Positions 47,261-57,359 of a stretch of DNA of 64,000 nt are shown piece after piece. Under the pieces are notes generated by a model. The model was not told the origin of the DNA. It saw nothing but the letters and a program-made list of their open reading frames with translations, and did no database searches. Location: contig CAZIJQ010000006.1 of assembly GCA_964539785.1 (NCBI GenBank), positions 2,484 through 66,483 on the forward strand, in the 5' to 3' direction. The translations under genes were made by a program, and so were the position numbers. Numbering within the stretch: the first letter of the stretch is position 1; each line of letters opens with the position of its first letter. Origin of the DNA: an uncultured bacterium (lineage in GTDB: Bacteria; Fidelibacterota; Marinisomatia; Marinisomatales; TCS56).

Positions 47261-48043
47261 TCAAACCTCCCGGAATTCGTGAATTTCGCCGCTGGCGAAA
47301 GCACTGATCTTGCCAGCGATGTTAAGCAATGCTTCGCCGCGCTCATTGATTCCCATGAATTTACCTATAATTTTTGATTCTGTAGTATGCATTGTGACTG
47401 CGGAATTAAGAAAAATTCCATAGCGCCTCCAGCGTGCCGGAATTTCCAGTGCCAGCGTATTCAACTGATTTAAATACTGATAGAGAATTATCGTACTGGT
47501 CGTCAGGATTTGTTCCCGCTTGAATTTCTGCTGGGCAACCTGTCTCAGGGTTGTTACGGTTGAGCGCAGATCAGGGGAAAAATCGCTGATCAGATTATTG
47601 ACATTGAGGCCAACACCAATCACCGCTGCCGTGATTGTTTGATCACTAATTTTACTTTCACAAAGAATTCCACCAACCTTTTTGCCAGTCAGATAGATAT
47701 CGTTAGGCCATTTCAGTTTGGCAGAGATATTTAATACCAATAGGGCTTCGGCCACTGCAATTCCGGTAATAATTGGCAGCAATCCGGCGAGATTAGCGGG
47801 AAGCCCCGGTCGATGCAGAATCGAAAATGTTAAGCTGGTTCCCGCTTGTGCCAGCCAACTGCGTTCCCCGCGGCCGCGGCCGGCAGTTTGATGATCAGTG
47901 ACTATTAATGTATCCCTGTTAGTTCCACCGCCGTGGATTTTCCAGGCTTGGTCATTGGTTGATGGTAGGACGGGGTAGTATTCAACTGCCAGCGGGATTT
48001 GAGCCTGTTTCAGGCTGCTTCTTACCTCCCGAAGGTCAAGCAC
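47261..48043 (-). CDS. birA: Biotin-[acetyl-CoA-carboxylase] ligase without HTH
   Basis: STND, QTAGRGR, KWPND, KVGGILCE. Confidence 0.95.
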   Translation of the reverse strand: MLDLREVRSSLKQAQIPLAVEYYPVLPSTNDQAWKIHGGGTNRDTLIVTDHQTAGRGRGERSWLAQAGTSLTFSILHRPGLPANLAGLLPIITGIAVAEALLVLNISAKLKWPNDIYLTGKKVGGILCESKISDQTITAAVIGVGLNVNNLISDFSPDLRSTVTTLRQVAQQKFKREQILTTSTIILYQYLNQLNTLALEIPARWRRYGIFLNSAVTMHTTESKIIGKFMGINERGEALLNIAGKISAFASGEIHEFREV

Positions 48044-48047
48044 GGTG

Positions 48048-48626
48048 CTATATAAAAAATAATTTTAATTGGACAATCGTAAGGACAAAACCAAATATTG
48101 AACCGACTACAACCTGGCTGGGGGTATGGGCTTTTAGTATCACGCGGGATGTGCCCACCAGGGCGGCCAGAGCTGCCATTGGGAAAGCATATGAATTCCA
48201 GAGTACCCACAGGGCTGCAAGTGGTCCCGTAAGACCGGCGGCGTGGATTGATATTTTCCAATAGCGGGTGATAACGGTTACGATAATGATATTGGTCAAC
48301 GAGCAGAATACCAGTCCTTTGGTAATATGATCAGCGTTCAGCCACTCCAGGATCACATAAGCTGCACCGTAGGAAAATATTCCAATCAGCAGTGGGATGA
48401 GTCGCTGTTCGCGCAATGAAACATCCAGATCGGTGATGGCGCCTTTTTTCTTCAACCACAGCATAGCCACTATGGGAACGATGGTGGCGAAAAACAACAC
48501 TATCAGCCAAATCAACATACGATTTGATCCGGGATTGCTGGCTTGATTTATCAGGATAGCAAATGCACCGGGAGCAACGATTACCGGGTTGAAAATATTA
48601 GAGATGATTTTTGCTAAACCGATCAT
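48048..48626 (-). CDS. PAP2-like membrane protein
   Basis: WKISIHAAG and SRVILKAHT motifs; several TM helices. Confidence 0.75.
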   Translation of the reverse strand: MIGLAKIISNIFNPVIVAPGAFAILINQASNPGSNRMLIWLIVLFFATIVPIVAMLWLKKKGAITDLDVSLREQRLIPLLIGIFSYGAAYVILEWLNADHITKGLVFCSLTNIIIVTVITRYWKISIHAAGLTGPLAALWVLWNSYAFPMAALAALVGTSRVILKAHTPSQVVVGSIFGFVLTIVQLKLFFI

Positions 48627-48633
48627 GATTTAA

Positions 48634-49392
48634 TTAACTGCAGGGATCCAGTTTTTTTCTGAGTTTGATTTCCATACCGGGATTGAGAATTCCGTCGTTT
48701 GCTTCGAGCATTTCTTCGTTATCCATATACAGGATTATCCAAGCAAGTTCATCGCCAAATACTTTCCCGGCGATGGACCACAGGGTTTCGCCACTTGAAA
48801 CAATATACTGGTAAAATTGAACCGGACATTTCTTGACTTCCGCAGCCGGTTTTAATAGATCCAGGAAGCGGTAGGGATATATGAGGTTTGGATTGGAGCC
48901 AATTTTTTCAATATTCCAGGCGTAAATTTTCTTCCACATCAGCCAGTCACCGTATTGCTGCTTGGCAATTTTGCTCAGAAAATCACCACGTTTGATCATG
49001 TAATCTTCGTAGAGGCTATCTGCGAAAACCACTTCCGGTTTTGGTATTGGCGGCGTAATGATAACATTCTCGACCTGCGGTTCCGGTTCCCTGATTGTAT
49101 CGGCTGCTGCCGGTTCGGCAATCTCTACGAATTCCGGCACTGGTACTGATTCAACACTATCAATTATGGAAACTTCTTCCTCCTGGGGATCAGCTTGATC
49201 CACAACAATGGCTATTTCTGATTCCCCGCTTTTATCAAAATTCAGGTCGGTATTGTTCTCGCCCAACCCCAATCTCTGGGAATCGGTAGATTCCTCAGTT
49301 TGCTGCGGTGGATCAGGTGTAACCAATTCTTCTGTTTTTTTGGCACACGATACCAGAAAAACGAATAGCAAAACTATGGTTAGTCTTTTCAT
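48634..49392 (-). CDS. Lipoprotein with two LysM domains
   Basis: Lipobox LVSC, YMIKRGDFLSKIA..W..IY..N..NPNLIYP, YIVSSGETLWSIA. Confidence 0.88.
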   Translation of the reverse strand: MKRLTIVLLFVFLVSCAKKTEELVTPDPPQQTEESTDSQRLGLGENNTDLNFDKSGESEIAIVVDQADPQEEEVSIIDSVESVPVPEFVEIAEPAAADTIREPEPQVENVIITPPIPKPEVVFADSLYEDYMIKRGDFLSKIAKQQYGDWLMWKKIYAWNIEKIGSNPNLIYPYRFLDLLKPAAEVKKCPVQFYQYIVSSGETLWSIAGKVFGDELAWIILYMDNEEMLEANDGILNPGMEIKLRKKLDPCS

Positions 49393-49533
49393 TCCAAATC
49401 CTATCGGTAATTACAGCAATAATTATTCCAGATCAGTCTATATGGTCAATGTCATTTTCAGCAAAAAGTTCACGGTCTTATTACGAAAAGTATGGCCAAG
49501 TTGACCCTGAATTTACAAAAATTACTAAATATT

Positions 49534-51024
49534 TCAGGGATTGAATTCACCAAAAACAGATCGCAGGACATCGGCGATTTCACCCAGCGTGCAGCGGTTC
49601 TTCACACAGTCGACAATATAAGGCAACAGGTTGTTATCATTACTGGAAGCAGCTTTTGACAGTCGGCCCAATTGTGTCCGGGCTGATGTATTATCCCGTT
49701 GTGACATAAATTGCCGTACGTGATTTTGCTGTTTTTGTACTGCCGTCTCATCAATGCTCGTAATCGTCGGTTCCACGATCTGGTCATCGACATATTTATT
49801 TACACCTACCAGCAGAGTCTTCCCGCTGTCAATATTGCGCTGGTGTTCGTAAGCACTGGTTGCGATTTCATTCTGGATCCAGCCTTGCTCAATAGCCCGG
49901 ACCGCTCCGCCCAGTCCGTCAATTTTATCAATCAGTTCCTGAGCTTCGGCGGCGATGTCATCGGTCATTTTTTCGATTACATAACTTCCGCCAAAGGGAT
50001 CGGGATGCTCAGGAATGCCCGTTTCTTCAGCGATAACCTGCTGGGTCCGCAGAGCCAGACGAGCCGCCTCTGCACTGGGTAAAGCCAGGGCTTCATCACG
50101 GCTATTGGTATGCAATGACTGGGTTCCACCCAGGATCGCTGATAAGGCCTGGATGCTGGTGCGAACCACATTGTTGTCAATTTGCTGTGCTGTGAGGGTG
50201 GAGCCGCCAGTTTGAGTGTGGAATCTCAACATCAAGGCTTTGGGATTCGTTACGCCAAATCGTTCTTTCATTGTCGTCGCCCACAACCGTCGGGCTGCCC
50301 GGAATTTGGCGATCTCAGTCAGAAATCCATTGTGGGCATTAAAGAAAAATGACAATCGGGCGCCAAAAACATTGACATCCAACCCGGCGTCTATGGCAGC
50401 CTGTACATAGGCTATTCCGTTGGCCAGGGTAAAGGCTAATTCCTGCGCCGCGGTACTGCCGGCCTCACGTATATGATAGCCGGAAATTGAAATCGTATTC
50501 CATTTCGGTATGTGACTGGCGCAAAATCGGAAGGTATCGGTTACCAGCCGCATGGAAGGTCCGGGAGGATAGATATAGGTTCCCCTGGCAATGTATTCCT
50601 TGAGGATATCATTTTGGATTGTTCCCCGAAGCCGCTCCGTTGGTACGCCGGTTTCTTCAGCAACAACAATGTACATTGCCAGTAAGATGGCAGCAGTGGA
50701 GTTGATCGTCATCGAAGTTGAGACTTGCCCCAGTGGAATATCCCGAAACAGACGGTGCATATTATCAATGGTGGCGATTGGAACTCCGACTCGTCCAACC
50801 TCACCGTCTGCCATTGGATGATTGGAATTATAACCGATCTGGGTCGGCAGATCAAATGCCACTGATAAACCCATAACGCCCTGTTCCAGTAGATACTTAT
50901 AGCGTCGATTCGATTCTTCAGCTGATGAAAATCCTGCATACTGACGGGTGGTCCACAAACGGGACCGGTACATCTCAGGATATAGTCCCCGTGTAAAGGG
51001 ATAATCCCCCGGTTTTTCAATCAT
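49534..51024 (-). CDS. Methylmalonyl-CoA mutase, substrate-binding (N-terminal) subunit
   Basis: [46 protein letters not shown]; no DxHxxG B12-binding domain. Confidence 0.93.
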   Translation of the reverse strand: MIEKPGDYPFTRGLYPEMYRSRLWTTRQYAGFSSAEESNRRYKYLLEQGVMGLSVAFDLPTQIGYNSNHPMADGEVGRVGVPIATIDNMHRLFRDIPLGQVSTSMTINSTAAILLAMYIVVAEETGVPTERLRGTIQNDILKEYIARGTYIYPPGPSMRLVTDTFRFCASHIPKWNTISISGYHIREAGSTAAQELAFTLANGIAYVQAAIDAGLDVNVFGARLSFFFNAHNGFLTEIAKFRAARRLWATTMKERFGVTNPKALMLRFHTQTGGSTLTAQQIDNNVVRTSIQALSAILGGTQSLHTNSRDEALALPSAEAARLALRTQQVIAEETGIPEHPDPFGGSYVIEKMTDDIAAEAQELIDKIDGLGGAVRAIEQGWIQNEIATSAYEHQRNIDSGKTLLVGVNKYVDDQIVEPTITSIDETAVQKQQNHVRQFMSQRDNTSARTQLGRLSKAASSNDNNLLPYIVDCVKNRCTLGEIADVLRSVFGEFNP

Positions 51025-51770
51025 GAGAATTGCCGCTCTTGTTTGATATTTTGATAGGCTGCGTTGACAGCCTTGAATTTTTCTTCCGCCAGATTTTGCA
51101 GATCCTGTCCCAGGTGGGCAACCTTATCCGGATGATATTTATTAGCCATTTTCCGATAGGCTTTCTTGATTTCGGGGACTGCAGTATCGACGTCAATTTC
51201 CAGAATTTTATAGGCGCTATCAGTTTCTTTTACAAACATGGCACGGATGGAATCGAAATCATTGCTGTTTACATTCAGGTAATTAGCGATTCGCTGAATT
51301 ACTACGATTTCATCATTGTGGATTTGACCATCTGATTGAGATAGTCCGAATAAAACATGAATTAATTCCAGACGACTGGGATGATCCATGGATTGCTGTA
51401 TCTGACGACAAACATCCCGCAGAGGATAATCCTGTTCGACAATATCACGGAACAATAGCATCAGGTCATGGGCATTTTGCGGACCGAATTGTCGTACCAG
51501 AAATTGTTTTACATAATCCAATTCGGATTTTAACATTTTGCGATCGGCTCTCATAACAACCGCAAACAGTACCAGTAACGAAACCGCGAAATCGCCTGGC
51601 TGAGTTCGATTTGGCGACCGGGTGCTGCGAAATCCACCCCTGAAATTTGTTGAACCATCCCCACCTGGCGATTCACTCATTGTTGCCAGGGCGTAACCAA
51701 TAATACCCCCGATGGGTCCCCCCAGAGCCCAACCGATTCCTCCCCACATAACCCGTTTACCTAAACCCAT
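51021..51770 (-). CDS. DjlA-like TerB plus J-domain co-chaperone
   Basis: N-terminal [11 protein letters not shown], TerB-like middle, C-terminal J domain with HPD. Confidence 0.88.
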   Translation of the reverse strand: MGLGKRVMWGGIGWALGGPIGGIIGYALATMSESPGGDGSTNFRGGFRSTRSPNRTQPGDFAVSLLVLFAVVMRADRKMLKSELDYVKQFLVRQFGPQNAHDLMLLFRDIVEQDYPLRDVCRQIQQSMDHPSRLELIHVLFGLSQSDGQIHNDEIVVIQRIANYLNVNSNDFDSIRAMFVKETDSAYKILEIDVDTAVPEIKKAYRKMANKYHPDKVAHLGQDLQNLAEEKFKAVNAAYQNIKQERQFS

Positions 51771-51776
51771 TAATAT

Positions 51777-52286
51777 TTATTCTCCTTCAATTCGGACCAG
51801 TAAATCACCTTTGTTTTTCGATTGCCCCTGTTTAACCATGATTTCGACTATTGTTCCGGTTTTAGCAGCAATAATTTCATTTTCCATTTTCATCGCTTCG
51901 AGGATCAGGAGTTTCGTACCCTTAGTTACCTGATCTCCGGGTTGCACGAAAATTTGTTTTACCAATCCCGGAATCGGTGAAATTATGTTTTGGGATGATC
52001 CTTCGACCGATTTATTCAGTCCGAATTTTTCAAGTAATATCTGGGTCTCATCTTTCAGTTGGACCGTAAATGATTGCTGGTTCAACGTTATTCGATAGCC
52101 GCCATTTTTTTTGGTCAAGCTCAAATAATAGGATTTACCGTTAATCAATAACGAGTAAGAATATGGACTGAGACGCATACAGTCAATTTGTTGTTTTGAA
52201 TTGTTGATAGCGACTTTGAAGCCATACGCCTGAGGCTCAACACAAAATTCTACAATGTTTTCATTAATAATTGCTTGAAATTTCAT
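51777..52286 (-). CDS. Biotin carboxyl carrier protein
   Basis: SPIPG and EAMKMEN biotinylation motif. Confidence 0.93.
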   Translation of the reverse strand: MKFQAIINENIVEFCVEPQAYGFKVAINNSKQQIDCMRLSPYSYSLLINGKSYYLSLTKKNGGYRITLNQQSFTVQLKDETQILLEKFGLNKSVEGSSQNIISPIPGLVKQIFVQPGDQVTKGTKLLILEAMKMENEIIAAKTGTIVEIMVKQGQSKNKGDLLVRIEGE

Positions 52287-53785
52287 TGCAATTCCTGGCT
52301 ACGCCCATTGCTTTTCCAACTGGAAATTGATTGGTGATTGTTCTTTAATTCCGGTTTTTTATTGACGGTTGTATGGTGAACGCCCGCTGCGATACCAAGG
52401 ATATCACGTTTATGCTCGATATTAGAAAATTTATCCTTTCGAATTTCTTCAATTTGATCGGCTATGAAATGAGTATCATAAATTCCAGATAGAAATTGCT
52501 GATTTTCCATGATCGCCAGACAAAATGGTATAACAGTTTCCAGTCCAACGATATGAAATTCAGACAGTGCCCGGTGCATGCCGGAGATTGCGCCAGCTCT
52601 GGTTGAGCCATGAACGATCAATTTACCGAGTAGCGGGTCATAATAGGGCGTCACTTCCTCGCCAACCCGTAACCCATGATCAAGGCGGACGCCGAATCCA
52701 TCGGGCAGCACCAATTCATGAATTGTTCCAACTGAAGGAGTGAAATTATTATAACCATCTTCAGCATAGATCCGGCATTCGATGGCATGGCCGTGAAAAC
52801 TGATATCCTGCTGAGTGTGTTCGAGCTTATCACCATAAGCGATATTAATCTGTTGGCGAACAAGATCGATTCCGGTGATTAACTCGGTTACCGGATGCTC
52901 CACCTGCAGCCGGGTATTCATCTCCAGAAAATAATAGTTATGGTGCGCATCGACCAGAAATTCGACAGTACCGGCACCGGTATAGTTGACCGATTTGGTT
53001 AATTCGACAGCTTTATCCATCATAATCTGGCGCAAATTATCATCGATAAAGGGTGAGGGGGATTCCTCAATAATTTTTTGATAGCGGCGCTGAATCGAAC
53101 ATTCACGTTCTCCCAGGGCGATACAATTCCCGTGTTGATCAGCTAGAATCTGGATTTCAATATGGTGGGGCTTCTCCAAATATTTTTCTATATAAACGCG
53201 GTCATCTGCAAAAGAAGAAATGGCTTCGGAACGGGCGCGATCCAGTAAATCGAGCAAATCTTTTTCGTCGTAAACTATTCGCATACCCTTACCACCACCG
53301 CCACCGGCGGCCTTGATGAGTACGGGATAGCCAATTTCGCGGGCAATTAAATGGGGATCATCACCACCGTTCAGAGGACGTTCCAAACCGGGTACCACCG
53401 GGACTCCGGCCTTGAGGGCTGTTTGCCGGGCTAATGTTTTATCGCCCATTTCCCGGATTGCTTTGGATGGCGGTCCAATCCAACTGATACCTTGATCAGT
53501 GATTGCATTGGCAAAACTGATGCTTTCTGATAAGAATCCATAGCCGGGATGGATTGCTTCAGCGCCGGACTGCTCAGCAATTTCCAAAATCCGTTCTGTA
53601 TTCAAATAACTTTCCGAGGCGGGTGCGGGGCCCAGATAATAGGCTTCGTCGGCCATCAAAATATGGGGAGCTGTCCGGTCAGCAGCGGAATAAACACCAA
53701 TCGTTTTAATCCCCATTTCCCGGCAGGTACGTATTACCCTGATTGCAATCTCCCCGCGATTCGCTACCAAAATCTTTTTATACAT
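52283..53785 (-). CDS. accC: Biotin carboxylase subunit (acetyl/propionyl-CoA carboxylase)
   Basis: ANRGEIA, HPGYGFLSE, GGGGKGMR, RECSIQRR, EMNTRLQVEHPVTE. Confidence 0.93.
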   Translation of the reverse strand: MYKKILVANRGEIAIRVIRTCREMGIKTIGVYSAADRTAPHILMADEAYYLGPAPASESYLNTERILEIAEQSGAEAIHPGYGFLSESISFANAITDQGISWIGPPSKAIREMGDKTLARQTALKAGVPVVPGLERPLNGGDDPHLIAREIGYPVLIKAAGGGGGKGMRIVYDEKDLLDLLDRARSEAISSFADDRVYIEKYLEKPHHIEIQILADQHGNCIALGERECSIQRRYQKIIEESPSPFIDDNLRQIMMDKAVELTKSVNYTGAGTVEFLVDAHHNYYFLEMNTRLQVEHPVTELITGIDLVRQQINIAYGDKLEHTQQDISFHGHAIECRIYAEDGYNNFTPSVGTIHELVLPDGFGVRLDHGLRVGEEVTPYYDPLLGKLIVHGSTRAGAISGMHRALSEFHIVGLETVIPFCLAIMENQQFLSGIYDTHFIADQIEEIRKDKFSNIEHKRDILGIAAGVHHTTVNKKPELKNNHQSISSWKSNGRSQELQ

Positions 53786-53835
53786 GCTTAAAACTAAGCA
53801 GTTTCCAATTTGCGAAAAAGTTATATTCTGTACCT

Positions 53836-54375
53836 ATGAAAATACCATTTAGAACCAGGTTGTTGCTCTGGTGGCTGCGAAAGAGTCATCGACAAAAGCA
53901 ATCTGAGAGCGGAAGATTGGCTTTTAGAGACGGGGGTGTTGGCTTAAAAAGAGTAATAATTATATTCCCCGAAAATGAATCTGACATCCGGATTGCCAGG
54001 TATTTTTTAAAATCAATTTTGAATAATGATGAAGTTGAAATAGTTATTTTAGGAAAAGGTCAATTAACCAACGCTGACCAATATGATGGAAAAGTAAAAG
54101 CACAAAAATATTGTGACGAAGATTTTACCTTTTGGGGAGGTGTGAAGACCGCCAGTCTTAATAAATTGTTTCCTGACCCATTAGATGCGATAATTGATTT
54201 GAATTCAGAGTTCAACATTCAAACGGCAATGATTTCCAGATTTTCTAAGGCTGCGCTGCGGGTTGGATTCAAATCGAAATATTCCTATCATTTTTTTAAT
54301 ATTGAAATAGATCATAAACCAGAAACCTTTGTTGAACAGGGGTATATAAGTATCCAAAAATTAATGGGTCTGTAA
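53836..54375 (+). CDS. Hypothetical protein (DUF6913-like)
   Basis: DAIIDLN and LRVGF..FFNIEI pattern; start ATG 53836; coupled to the next gene. Confidence 0.6.
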   Translation: MKIPFRTRLLLWWLRKSHRQKQSESGRLAFRDGGVGLKRVIIIFPENESDIRIARYFLKSILNNDEVEIVILGKGQLTNADQYDGKVKAQKYCDEDFTFWGGVKTASLNKLFPDPLDAIIDLNSEFNIQTAMISRFSKAALRVGFKSKYSYHFFNIEIDHKPETFVEQGYISIQKLMGL

Positions 54376-55580
54376 TGCATTATTATATTTTTGAAGATAG
54401 TCTGGCAATGGATTTTTATCCATTGACTGTAACTCGTGCCGCGTTTGAGTTGCGCTACGGGGCCTTTACTTTTATCGAGAGGATCCAAAAACTCCTAAAA
54501 ACAGATCGAATATCAGTTATAGCCAGGGATGAATTGGCGCCTATCCTGCAAGAACGCTATCCCCATTCAGAGATCAATCCACTAAAGGTTCGGGAAGGTG
54601 TATGGCTTTTAGGCAATGTGTTGTGGACTAAGTTGGCAATCAAAAATATCTGTGATAACGCCCCAGCTATATACCAACAGGATGGACGAATTATCGCAGC
54701 CAAATTATCGGAAAAAAATAGCCGTAATTGGGTCGATAATGGTGGTCCAATTACTGGAGATACTGACTTTGGCTTGCCTTCGTTAAACCTGGAATTACCG
54801 GTAATGCGTTATTTGTGGGATTTAATTGAAAGTACTGAGATCGCCCTGGAGGATGATGCTCAATTTTTTGATTTGGGAAACCATGCTCTGGCAGTAGCAA
54901 ATGGGATCGTCTTGGTTAACGCTGACCGGATATATATTGCGACTCCTGAACTTGTTAAACCCCAGGTCTGTATTGATGCGACTGATGGTCCGGTGATAAT
55001 TGATGAAGGGGTAGCAGTTGGCGCGGGAGCGATAATAATGGGTCCGGTCTATATTGGAAAAGACGCTCGGATCTCTGCCAATGCAATTATCCGTTCCGGT
55101 TCGATTATCGGACCAGCCTGCAATGTGGGAGGGGAAGTCGTAAAATCAATTTTTCAGGGTTATACGAATAAATCTCATGGCGGGTTTATGGGTAACAGTT
55201 ATCTGGGCGAATGGGTAAATATTGGCGCCGGGACTAACTGCAGTAACCTGAAAAATAATTACCGGCCAATTAAAGTTCAAATAAATGAAAAAGTTATAGA
55301 AACCGGTTTAACTCATGTGGGGGTGTTTATGGGTGACCATTGTAAAACCGGTATTGGCTTAAAGATTAATGGAGGCTTGACTTTTGGTTTAGCGTGCAGT
55401 ATTGTAAGCAATGAATTACTTCAGGGAGACATACCTTCATTTTCATTTATCTATAATGATATTAAGAGTAAATATCTGATTAATAAATTTTTAGAAACAG
55501 CGGAAATTGTGATGAATCGCAGGCAAATTCTTTTAACTGATGCATTAAGAATTTTATATGAAACAATCTATATCGGATAG
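54375..55580 (+). CDS. GlmU-related putative sugar nucleotidyltransferase with hexapeptide repeats
   Basis: FYPLT.TR..FELRYG, GPVIID, GGEV, NKSHGGFMGNSYLGEWVNIGAGT..SNLKN. Confidence 0.88.
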   Translation: MHYYIFEDSLAMDFYPLTVTRAAFELRYGAFTFIERIQKLLKTDRISVIARDELAPILQERYPHSEINPLKVREGVWLLGNVLWTKLAIKNICDNAPAIYQQDGRIIAAKLSEKNSRNWVDNGGPITGDTDFGLPSLNLELPVMRYLWDLIESTEIALEDDAQFFDLGNHALAVANGIVLVNADRIYIATPELVKPQVCIDATDGPVIIDEGVAVGAGAIIMGPVYIGKDARISANAIIRSGSIIGPACNVGGEVVKSIFQGYTNKSHGGFMGNSYLGEWVNIGAGTNCSNLKNNYRPIKVQINEKVIETGLTHVGVFMGDHCKTGIGLKINGGLTFGLACSIVSNELLQGDIPSFSFIYNDIKSKYLINKFLETAEIVMNRRQILLTDALRILYETIYIG

Positions 55581-55638
55581 GTATAGATCAGTGGCAGCTT
55601 ATTGTGAATAAATTTGATGAAAAAAATAACAAATACTA

Positions 55639-55667
55639 TTGACGAACTACTGTCTATCGGTTATATT
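55639..55667 (+). promoter_or_regulatory. Sigma-70 promoter
   Basis: TTGACG-N17-TATATT, 26 bp before ATG 55694. Confidence 0.65.
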
Positions 55668-55693
55668 GCGCCCGATTTTTTAGGAATAAATTT

Positions 55694-56080
55694 ATGTTAG
55701 AAGGTATAATCTGTCCAGTTTGTGAATCTACTCTTGAGGAAAAAAATCTAAAAGAGTCTCTGGTATGTCAATTTTGTAAGGTTGATTTACGTGATCGTAA
55801 ATATCTTGATTTCCTTGAATATTTGATGACTCATGGTATTGTTGAAAACCTTGATTTCTTCGACACTAACGTTTACAGCGAAGATATCGAGCGTCTGGAA
55901 CCTTCCGATGAAGAAGATATTGATCCAACTCAATTCGAGCAGAAAAAGGATACTTTCAGCCTGTATGAAAATGAGATGGAAAACCAGGCTCAGGAAGATA
56001 CAGGTCCGAAATATGATGATTTTGAAGGTATTGAGGAAGATTGGGAAGAATTTAATCGCAGAGAATTTGAAGGTTTCTAA
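55694..56080 (+). CDS. Hypothetical Zn-ribbon protein with very acidic C-terminus
   Basis: CPVC...CQFC and an Asp/Glu-rich tail. Confidence 0.75.
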   Translation: MLEGIICPVCESTLEEKNLKESLVCQFCKVDLRDRKYLDFLEYLMTHGIVENLDFFDTNVYSEDIERLEPSDEEDIDPTQFEQKKDTFSLYENEMENQAQEDTGPKYDDFEGIEEDWEEFNRREFEGF

Positions 56081-56104
56081 ATCTTTTAATCCACAGGTAA
56101 GATA

Positions 56105-56413
56105 ATGGAAAAAAAGCAAAAAACTCAGCAAATCAACATTGAACTTGATCAGGAAGTCAGTAGTGGAGAATATGCCAATTTTGTGGTAGTGACACATTCC
56201 TCTGCCGAATTTGTAATGGATTTCACCCGAATTTTACCAGGTGTTTCCAAGGCCAAAGTTCATTCACGTCTAATAATGGCTCCTCAGCATGCCAAAGCCT
56301 ATTTGATGGCCTTACAGGATAATATTCGGAAATTTGAAGAGAAATACGGCGAGATAAAAAATCCTAGAGCACCATTTGGCATGAAACCACCGGATACTGT
56401 TCTTCCTAATTAG
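56105..56413 (+). CDS. DUF3467-family protein
   Basis: GEYANF..VTHS.AEFVMDF, SRLIMAPQHAK, FEEKYGEI. Confidence 0.9.
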   Translation: MEKKQKTQQINIELDQEVSSGEYANFVVVTHSSAEFVMDFTRILPGVSKAKVHSRLIMAPQHAKAYLMALQDNIRKFEEKYGEIKNPRAPFGMKPPDTVLPN

Positions 56414-57014
56414 GTATATTTATTTGTTCCGCTGGGCCAGCATACCATACCCAGGTTCGCCCTCTTTTCAATTCCCGCATTTTCAGTACAACCCAGAACG
56501 TTAGCCAAATCCAGGCAATTGTATAGCCGAATAAGGCACCGAATAGTACATCACCGGGGTAGTGTACGCCAACATAGATGCGACTGAATGCAACTACGGT
56601 TGCAAGAATAAACAAGGGCGTTCGCCATCGATTATAGAAATATCCAATGATTGTTGCCAATGCAAACATATTGGCAGCATGATTGGACACAAAACCGTAT
56701 TTACCACCACGACCTACCAGCAGATTTATCAATTCCGGCATTGCGCGACTGGGTCGTAATCGCCCAATAAAGGGCTTGATAACTTGAGCGGCAATAATAT
56801 CAGTCGTAATAATTGTCAGAATTAGGATTACGGCGGCGATTTTCCCCCGCTTACCTCCCCGGATTATTAATCCCAGCCAAACTATGAAAATTGGAATTAT
56901 CCAGATATCCTGGTTGGTAATTATAGGCATCAAGAAATCAAACACCGAGTTACTGATGGTGCCATTGAAGAAAAAAAATATTTGTTTGTCCAGTTTGTCC
57001 AGTGCTGCGATCAT
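56406..57014 (-). CDS. PAP2-family phosphatase
   Basis: KP..GRLRP, FVSNHA, SRIYVGVHYPGD. Confidence 0.92.
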   Translation of the reverse strand: MIAALDKLDKQIFFFFNGTISNSVFDFLMPIITNQDIWIIPIFIVWLGLIIRGGKRGKIAAVILILTIITTDIIAAQVIKPFIGRLRPSRAMPELINLLVGRGGKYGFVSNHAANMFALATIIGYFYNRWRTPLFILATVVAFSRIYVGVHYPGDVLFGALFGYTIAWIWLTFWVVLKMRELKRGRTWVWYAGPAEQINIPN

Positions 57015-57156
57015 GATTTAGAATAATTGCCTTTTGCTATATAAATTACTACTGAACAGAGATTATTAAAATGATTCCAATGGGAATACTAAAGTTTTCG
57101 GAGTAATTACTCATAAAATTCTTGACCTGTGTTTGTATTTGATCTAATTTTCAAAC

Positions 57157-57232
57157 AGAATTAAGCAGGATTGCGAAGAGAGAACTGGTGGTTTCCCCCG
57201 CTCCCAGTTTCAAGCGTCCTGCTTATTTTTTT
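57157..57232 (+). ncRNA. Candidate small structured RNA (unassigned)
   Basis: TTGACC-N17-TAATTT promoter (57122-57150), long hairpin TAAGCAGGA/TCCTGCTTA with C-rich loop, then T7; no plus-strand CDS follows. Confidence 0.4.
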
Positions 57233-57262
57233 AAAAAAGGCTTCCTATTTGGAAGCCTTTTT
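57233..57262. terminator. Bidirectional terminator downstream of etfA
   Basis: AAAAAAGGCTTCC-TATTT-GGAAGCCTTTTT. Confidence 0.85.
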
Positions 57263-57359
57263 AATTTACTCTATTTGCGTTTGGTCAGCCAGTGTCTCAA
57301 AGTAAGGATAAGTACAATTATCCCCACAATGAATAGCAGGTTGGCAACAATGATACTTA

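Noticed and set aside
57162-57225. c-di-AMP or ZTP riboswitch (GGGAGCGGGGGAAACC on the minus strand)
   Set aside because: Only a short resemblance; the other conserved segments are missing. Kept as an unassigned RNA candidate.
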